From Candidatus Iainarchaeum sp. (GTDB taxonomy: Archaea; Iainarchaeota; Iainarchaeia; Iainarchaeales; UBA10219), in assembly GCA_018304425.1 (NCBI GenBank), contig JAGVWE010000004.1, positions 64,001 through 128,000 of the forward strand: 64,000 bases of DNA. The letters are read 5' to 3'. The translations under genes and the position numbers were made by a program. Every line of letters begins with the position of its first letter. The stretch's first letter is position 1. Of this stretch, positions 55,308 to 64,000 are shown piece by piece. The notes below the pieces were generated by a model. It searched no databases, was not told where the DNA came from, and was given only the letters and a program-made list of their open reading frames with translations.

Positions 55308-58300
55308 TTAGTCCATGAAAAAAGAGGCGGGCTTTGGCTCGGGTTCCATGCCCTTCCGCGTCCGGACCTCGCGAATGGTTTTGATTTGGAGTTCCTTGGG
55401 AAGCGGGTCATAGCCGGCGTACTCGGCCTGCCAGACAGCCCTTCCCTGGGTTGCCCCCCTAATCGAGGAACTGAACCCAATGAGTTCTTTCACGGGCGCA
55501 ATCCCGATGATGATGGTGGTGTCGCCCTCGGTCCGCATGTCCGTTATTTGCGTGCGCCTGGAGCCCAGCTCCCTTGAAACGGCCCCCATATAGGTTTCGG
55601 GAACCGTGATGTTGAGTTTTTGCTTGGGTTCAAGCATGATGGCGTTGCCTGAAAGCATGGCCGCATAACAGCCGCGCGTCACGCAGGGCAGCATCTGGGC
55701 CGGGCCCCTGTGAATGGAGTCCTCGTGCAAGGTCGCGTCATCCAAGATGATTTTCACGCCCTGCACTTTTTCCTTGGCCAGCGGCCCCTCATTCATCGCG
55801 TCCTGGAACCCCTGGATGACGAGTTCCTTGGCCTCGTGCAAGGCCACGATTCCCCGGGTCGCGTCGACCAGCATGTTGTGGCCATGAATGCACCAGGTCT
55901 TCTTGGCTTCGTCGCGGTCAAAGCCCATGTCAATGAGTTTCTGCACGATGACCGTGTCCTTCAGCCGTATCTTGGCGTTAATCCTTGATTCCACGAGCTT
56001 TTCAAACAACTCCGGGGGAATGGGTTCGGCCCAGATTTTGAGTTTGTTGTGCTTGTTCGGGCTCTTGGCTTCGATGACCGGGGATTCTTTCGTAATCGTT
56101 TCATGGTAGACGACGATGGGGTCGGAAGTCGTGATCTCGACACCGTGGGTCTTCTCAATCCGGTACTTGTTGATGTCCAAATGCAATTCGCCCATGCCCG
56201 ACAACAGGTGTTCCCCGGTTTCCTGGTTGAGAGTAGCTCTCAGGTTCGGGTCCTCCTTGCACAACTGCCGGATGACCTCGATGAGCTTGGGCAGGTTCTT
56301 GGTCTGCTTGGCTTCGATGGCAATGGTTATGACGGGCTCGGCCGTTGACATGAACGACTCGAATTCCTTCATGGCCACCTCGGAAAGGGTTTCCCCGGCA
56401 TAGATTTCCTTGATGCCTACCAGGGCCGCGATGTTCCCGGCCGGGATCTCGGATACCTCGACGTAGTCCGCGCCCATGAACACGCCGACCTTCTGGATGA
56501 TGACCTCTTTTTGGGCTCCGATGAGCTTCAACCGCGTGCCCTTGCGGATGCTTCCACTATACACCCTTCCCGTCGCGATGTCTCCCGCGTGGGGGTCCAC
56601 CGATACGTCCGTGCACATCATGGAGAACGGGCCCTTCTCGTCGCAGGCCAGCATGGCCTTGCCAATCTCGCTGTCCAGCTCTTCCTTGCCCCAAATCCTT
56701 GGGATACGGTATTTCTGGGCTTCCAGGGGGTTCGGCAAGTGGAGGATCACCATTTCCAGGATGGCCTCGTGCAACTGGGACTTCTGCGCCAGCTCTTTCT
56801 GGTTTTCCTTGGCACAGTAATTGTAGACGTCCTTGAAGGTTATCCCCGTGCGCTGCATGTGGGGCACGGAAATCGCCCAGTGGTTGTAAGCGGAGCCAAA
56901 GCACACCGAGCCGTTCTGGACCTTCACCTGCCAGTCGTTTTCCTTGCCTGGCGGCGCATTCTTGGCGATCAGGTTGTTGACTTGCCCGATGATTTTCACG
57001 AACTTTTCCTGCATCTGCTTTTCGTCAATCTTGAGCTCGTTCACGAGCCGGTCCACCTTGTTGATGAACAACACGGGCTTCACGTACTCCTTGAGGGACT
57101 GCCGGCAAACGGTTTCCGTCTGCGGCATGACTCCCTCCACCGCGTCCACCACGAGGATTACGCCGTCAACTGCCCTCATGGCCCGGATGACTTCGCCGGT
57201 GAAGTCAATGTGCCCCGGGGTGTCGATGAGGTTAATCAGGTGGTTCTGTCCCTTGTGCGAGTGCACCAGGGAAACGTTGGCCGCGTTGATGGTTATGCCG
57301 CGTTCCTGTTCCTGGTCCTCGTAGTCCATGAACTGCTGTTTCCCGGCCAGGTCAGGGCTTATCAGCCCGACCGAGGCAACCAGGTTGTCCGAGAGGGTGG
57401 TGTTGTGGATGATGAATCCATTGCCGATGAAGTTATGCGTTTCTTCAACCGAGAAATCGTAAACGAATTCTTCGCCTTCAACCACTTCCTTTTTCGTGAC
57501 CATCGGCGTGAAGCAGTCGAAAAAGGTTTTTTCAAGGCCCTGGATTTCTTCCCAGGCTTCTGCGTCCTTGATTTCGGGATTTCCAATGAATGAATAGACT
57601 TTTTCAAAGAAAACGTTTAGATTGGTTTGATAGACCGGCTGTTTTCTGAACTCGATGGCTTCAAAGCTCTTGGGCAGCGCCTTTAATTGGAGGCCCATTC
57701 TTTGCCGGAGCCCCCTCAGGAAATCCTGCGCAATAGGCGTTAAGTCGGTGTTCCTGTTCGGGCTATCGGATATTGCCACAAACCCGAGCAGCTTTTGGTT
57801 TTTTCTATTCAATCGGAAGCCGATTTTTTCAGCGAAAACCTTCATGTTGGCGCCTGAAATGTAAAGATTGCTCTTCTTTTCATTGAACGTTGAAAGGCAG
57901 CCAAATCGCAGCAACAGCAAGCCGGTGTCAAGCAGCATACCCTTGGATTTGCTGGAAAGACTTGCCGCCCGCCTGCTTCCCTCCACCGTTCCATCCGTGT
58001 CAAAATACCCCTGCAGGAATGCCTTAACAACCCCATTTGGCGCACTTTTAATGGGTTCAGGCACTTGAATGCTTTCCGCCTTCCTTTTTTTGGGCAACCC
58101 GAAAAAGCCGGTTAGTATTTTGTAAAATGTCAAGCCACCGCCCAAATCGATTCTGGTGGCTTTTCCGGCATACTTGCGGGTTTTCGCCTGCACGCCGAAG
58201 ATTTTTTCCATGATTTGTTCAATTGCCCGAATAATCGGCTTGTCTTCGTTGGTTATCCTTATTTCTTTCCCGCGGCTTCCGCCATCCCCCCAGATTAAGC

Positions 58301-59156
58301 CCAAGAGGTAGGCAACTTCACTGAAGTCGGCCTCGGTTTTCGGCAGTTTCACGCCCACTGAGGACTTGCCCGCCTTCCGGATGCTTTCCCTGAAGTTGAT
58401 CCGGTCAATGGAGTCATAGGTCTGGGTGTATCCAAGGGTCTGGCATAGGCCGAGATAATCCGCCAACCGGTACCGGCCATTGTAAACACAATGATAAAAG
58501 GTTTTGTCGCCCAACCGGGTGTTTACGATTTTCCCGAGTTTTTGCAAGCCGAACTCGAGCGCTTTTCGCTTGATTTCCTGCGCCGCTCTTTCCTCCACCC
58601 AGACAAAAAAACCACAGTCTTTCGCAAGACAGTTCAGCAACCGTGTTTTAAGCGCTTCAAGCGATTCCGGGGCTACATTCACTATCCTCGGCGCCAAAAC
58701 AAACTCGTTTTTATCAATGTCAACGGCCTGTCTTTCCAGTATTCTTCCTTCACCGTCCATGCAAAGGAACCGGTGCTCAGGCGTCGTTTCCACTTTCAAG
58801 CCGTTTGAAAATAGGAGTCTGACCAGTTTCCCGCCGTTTTTCAGCTTCCATGCATGCGTTATGTTTTTTGCGCACGATTGTTTTCCCTGTGTGTCGAATG
58901 AAGCGGCTTTCAGGCCCAAGCCGTCGACATTATAGATTAGTTCTTTCTTGGTTTCCTTGACAAGCTTGCCTTGCCTGGCAGCCCGCTCAAAAAGTTCTTG
59001 GGCGGTTGGAAAGGAACCATTCGCCAAGTAAACTTTAGTGGCGCCTGACACACACTTGCCGTGGTCGATGTGGGCCACAATGCCCATGTTCCGGATGTTG
59101 GGTCGGTTCGCCATCCGGGTCTGGACGTCCCGCACTACATCTTCTTTCTTGGCCAT
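55308..59156 (-). CDS. fusA: Elongation factor EF-2 (intein-containing precursor)
   Basis: AHIDHGK|TTLSD, DTPGHIDF, GMGELHL, diphthamide loop LHEDSIHRG. Confidence 0.98.
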   Translation of the reverse strand: MAKKEDVVRDVQTRMANRPNIRNMGIVAHIDHGKCVSGATKVYLANGSFPTAQELFERAARQGKLVKETKKELIYNVDGLGLKAASFDTQGKQSCAKNITHAWKLKNGGKLVRLLFSNGLKVETTPEHRFLCMDGEGRILERQAVDIDKNEFVLAPRIVNVAPESLEALKTRLLNCLAKDCGFFVWVEERAAQEIKRKALEFGLQKLGKIVNTRLGDKTFYHCVYNGRYRLADYLGLCQTLGYTQTYDSIDRINFRESIRKAGKSSVGVKLPKTEADFSEVAYLLGLIWGDGGSRGKEIRITNEDKPIIRAIEQIMEKIFGVQAKTRKYAGKATRIDLGGGLTFYKILTGFFGLPKKRKAESIQVPEPIKSAPNGVVKAFLQGYFDTDGTVEGSRRAASLSSKSKGMLLDTGLLLLRFGCLSTFNEKKSNLYISGANMKVFAEKIGFRLNRKNQKLLGFVAISDSPNRNTDLTPIAQDFLRGLRQRMGLQLKALPKSFEAIEFRKQPVYQTNLNVFFEKVYSFIGNPEIKDAEAWEEIQGLEKTFFDCFTPMVTKKEVVEGEEFVYDFSVEETHNFIGNGFIIHNTTLSDNLVASVGLISPDLAGKQQFMDYEDQEQERGITINAANVSLVHSHKGQNHLINLIDTPGHIDFTGEVIRAMRAVDGVILVVDAVEGVMPQTETVCRQSLKEYVKPVLFINKVDRLVNELKIDEKQMQEKFVKIIGQVNNLIAKNAPPGKENDWQVKVQNGSVCFGSAYNHWAISVPHMQRTGITFKDVYNYCAKENQKELAQKSQLHEAILEMVILHLPNPLEAQKYRIPRIWGKEELDSEIGKAMLACDEKGPFSMMCTDVSVDPHAGDIATGRVYSGSIRKGTRLKLIGAQKEVIIQKVGVFMGADYVEVSEIPAGNIAALVGIKEIYAGETLSEVAMKEFESFMSTAEPVITIAIEAKQTKNLPKLIEVIRQLCKEDPNLRATLNQETGEHLLSGMGELHLDINKYRIEKTHGVEITTSDPIVVYHETITKESPVIEAKSPNKHNKLKIWAEPIPPELFEKLVESRINAKIRLKDTVIVQKLIDMGFDRDEAKKTWCIHGHNMLVDATRGIVALHEAKELVIQGFQDAMNEGPLAKEKVQGVKIILDDATLHEDSIHRGPAQMLPCVTRGCYAAMLSGNAIMLEPKQKLNITVPETYMGAVSRELGSRRTQITDMRTEGDTTIIIGIAPVKELIGFSSSIRGATQGRAVWQAEYAGYDPLPKELQIKTIREVRTRKGMEPEPKPASFFMD
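57402..59054 (-). mobile_element. Intein with a LAGLIDADG homing endonuclease, 551 aa, in the EF-2 P-loop
   Basis: Starts CVSG; block B TTPEHRF; LLGLIWGDG and FLQGYFDTDG; VYDFSV; ends IIHN followed by T. Visibly more AT-rich than the host gene. Confidence 0.96.
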
Positions 59157-59161
59157 GGCGA

Positions 59162-59764
59162 TTACCTGGAACTCAACGCGATTCTTTCGACCTCGTCGCG
59201 TCGCTTGATGGAGAAGCTGGTGTTATCCCCTTTGGCGGCCAGGATCAGTTCCTTGGCGAGGGCCTGCTCCGCCGAGGTCTTGCTGTTGAACGACTGCGCG
59301 AAGGCCGCCAAGGCAATGTTCTTCAGCGCCTCGTCCACCCGCTTCATGGGCGCGATGTCGACCGCGACCGTGTAAGAGATGCCGCCCCGCTTGATTCGCG
59401 TGATGTCCTCCCTCGGAGCAGAGTTCTCGATGGCCTGCACGAGCACCTGCACGGGGTTTTGCTTGGTTTCCCTTTCAGCAATGGCAAAAGCCTTTTCCAC
59501 GATTTTCAGGGCCTGGATCTTCTTCCCGCAGCTGCCCCGGCCCCGGATGTACTTCCCGGACAGCTTTCGCTTGCCCTGGCCCGAGCGCATGACCTTGTTG
59601 ACCAGCCTTTCCACGACGCTCATGCGGGCCTTCTGGAAGGGGTATTCCTGCATTTTGCCGAACGTGTGGGGAACCATCTTGGTCGCCAGGTCCAGGTAAT
59701 TGGCGAGGCTCACATCGCTTATCTTCACGTCCGTGGTCTCCCAGTGGTCAAAAACCTTTCCCAT
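59162..59764 (-). CDS. rps7: 30S ribosomal protein uS7
   Basis: VERLVN, NPVQVL, APRE, ERIALSSR. Confidence 0.97.
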   Translation of the reverse strand: MGKVFDHWETTDVKISDVSLANYLDLATKMVPHTFGKMQEYPFQKARMSVVERLVNKVMRSGQGKRKLSGKYIRGRGSCGKKIQALKIVEKAFAIAERETKQNPVQVLVQAIENSAPREDITRIKRGGISYTVAVDIAPMKRVDEALKNIALAAFAQSFNSKTSAEQALAKELILAAKGDNTSFSIKRRDEVERIALSSR

Positions 59765-59774
59765 ATCAATCCCT

Positions 59775-60206
59775 TTACCGCTTTACCTTCTCCTTTCTGC
59801 CGGTGCGAAGCATTTCCAGGGCCTGCCCGTTCACGTGCGTGACCTTGTATTTCACGCCCCACAAGTCCCCCACCGGGCCATGCTTCCTTCCCCCGATGCC
59901 CGAAATGATGACTTCATCGTGTTCGTCAATGTACTTGATGGCGCCATCCTTGGGCGCCAAGGCCGTTACTTCCACGCCGTTCTTGATGATTTGCACGCGC
60001 ACGCATTTCCGTATCCCGGAATTCGGTTGCCTCGCCGTAACCCCGCGCTTCTCGAGGACGATGCCCCTTGCCTGGGGCGCGCCCTCCAAGGGGTCGACCT
60101 TTTCCTTGAGGAGCCTCCGCTTGAAGGAGGCTTTCTTCTTCCGCCACTTCTTCCGGTTGTCCTCAAGACTCGCCGCTGCAAATTCTCCTTTCGCCATAAA
60201 CATCAT
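59775..60206 (-). CDS. rps12: 30S ribosomal protein uS12
   Basis: [24 protein letters not shown]. Confidence 0.97.
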   Translation of the reverse strand: MMFMAKGEFAAASLEDNRKKWRKKKASFKRRLLKEKVDPLEGAPQARGIVLEKRGVTARQPNSGIRKCVRVQIIKNGVEVTALAPKDGAIKYIDEHDEVIISGIGGRKHGPVGDLWGVKYKVTHVNGQALEMLRTGRKEKVKR

Positions 60207-60616
60207 CTGATAATCAAATCAGCTACCCCGTAATTTCTTTTCAATATTTCCTTTATCTTCCTCAGCTTGCCCAGGCTTTGCAGGGCCTTCTTCTTGTGCT
60301 CCGCTTCAAACGAGGCAATCAGCACCTTCCGCCCCTGCCGCTCCGAGAACGCGGTTTCCTTGATGGGAACCTTGTAAAACGCTTTCCTCACAAAGTCCAC
60401 AGCACTTTCCGCGTACTCGAACAACTCAATGCTCTTTCCAATCCTCTCCCTGACCTTCGCAATGGTCTGGCCGTTCTTGCCGATTGCCAGCCCCATTTGC
60501 TTGCCGTTGACCAGGAAAATGATTTCATCCTCCTTGGCCAGGCAGTCCCTCGCCGAAACCCCGGCAAGGTCCTCCAACGCGTTGATGTAATGGATCTCTG
60601 TCTTGCCCAACTTCAT
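60203..60616 (-). CDS. nusA: Archaeal NusA (KH domains)
   Basis: MGLAIGKNG; position between eL30 and uS12. Confidence 0.92.
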   Translation of the reverse strand: MKLGKTEIHYINALEDLAGVSARDCLAKEDEIIFLVNGKQMGLAIGKNGQTIAKVRERIGKSIELFEYAESAVDFVRKAFYKVPIKETAFSERQGRKVLIASFEAEHKKKALQSLGKLRKIKEILKRNYGVADLIIR

Positions 60617-60632
60617 TCTTCCACGTCCAAGG

Positions 60633-60950
60633 TCAGGCCTTGGCCTCGCCACCCAGGCTCAGCACGTTGCTCTTGCCCGGCTTGACAACCACCATGGAGA
60701 GAATGCTGAATGGCTTCCCGCAAACAGAGCCAAGCTCCAAACCCGTTCCCATGAACTCATAAACGGGTACACCGGCAACGCTTGCCTGTGCCTGGAGCTT
60801 TTCCTTTACAAGCTTCGGGATGTTCCCGCTAATTATTAGTAGTTGTCCGTCTCCCTTTAAAATACTTTTCTCGGACTCCCTGCGCCCGAAAAACACTTCC
60901 CCGGAGTCAACCGCCCTCCGGATTTCCTTGCCCGCATCCACTGCCGCCAT
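60633..60950 (-). CDS. rpl30e: 50S ribosomal protein eL30
   Basis: ELGSVCGKPF, PGKS. Confidence 0.95.
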   Translation of the reverse strand: MAAVDAGKEIRRAVDSGEVFFGRRESEKSILKGDGQLLIISGNIPKLVKEKLQAQASVAGVPVYEFMGTGLELGSVCGKPFSILSMVVVKPGKSNVLSLGGEAKA

Positions 60951-60952
60951 AC

Positions 60953-64000
<3,048 letters not shown>

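Overview
Archaeal chromosomal window (high GC, almost all genes on the - strand). Gene content and order suggest a DPANN lineage, possibly Diapherotrites/Iainarchaeota (inference). It holds the core translation/transcription superoperons: rpoA'-rpoA''-eL30-nusA-uS12-uS7-EF2-EF1A-uS10; uL3 to secY; uS13-uS4-uS11-rpoD; tRNA-Leu-eL18-uL13-uS9-rpoN-uS2; L7Ae to kae1. It also holds valS (partial), gltX, grpE-dnaK-dnaJ, archease-rtcB, a sensor-less two-component pair and a convergent RHH/PIN pair. EF-2 has a 551-aa LAGLIDADG intein and tRNA-Leu(TAA) has a BHB intron. Three signals are not explained by standard annotation. (1) A sense-strand hairpin (stem-GA-GCC(C)-loop-(G)GGC-GA-stem) with compensatory base changes occurs five times at four sites, all upstream of ribosomal-protein genes or operons; two copies lie inside translationally coupled uORFs. 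(2) Six Arg-rich orphan proteins are interspersed among housekeeping genes, mostly leaderless with their own TATA box, including a bacterial sigma70-like protein, two multi-HTH paralogues and a methyltransferase. (3) A ~170-180 nt structured candidate ncRNA with its own promoter lies upstream of valS. All calls are from reading the sequence by eye; no searches were run.
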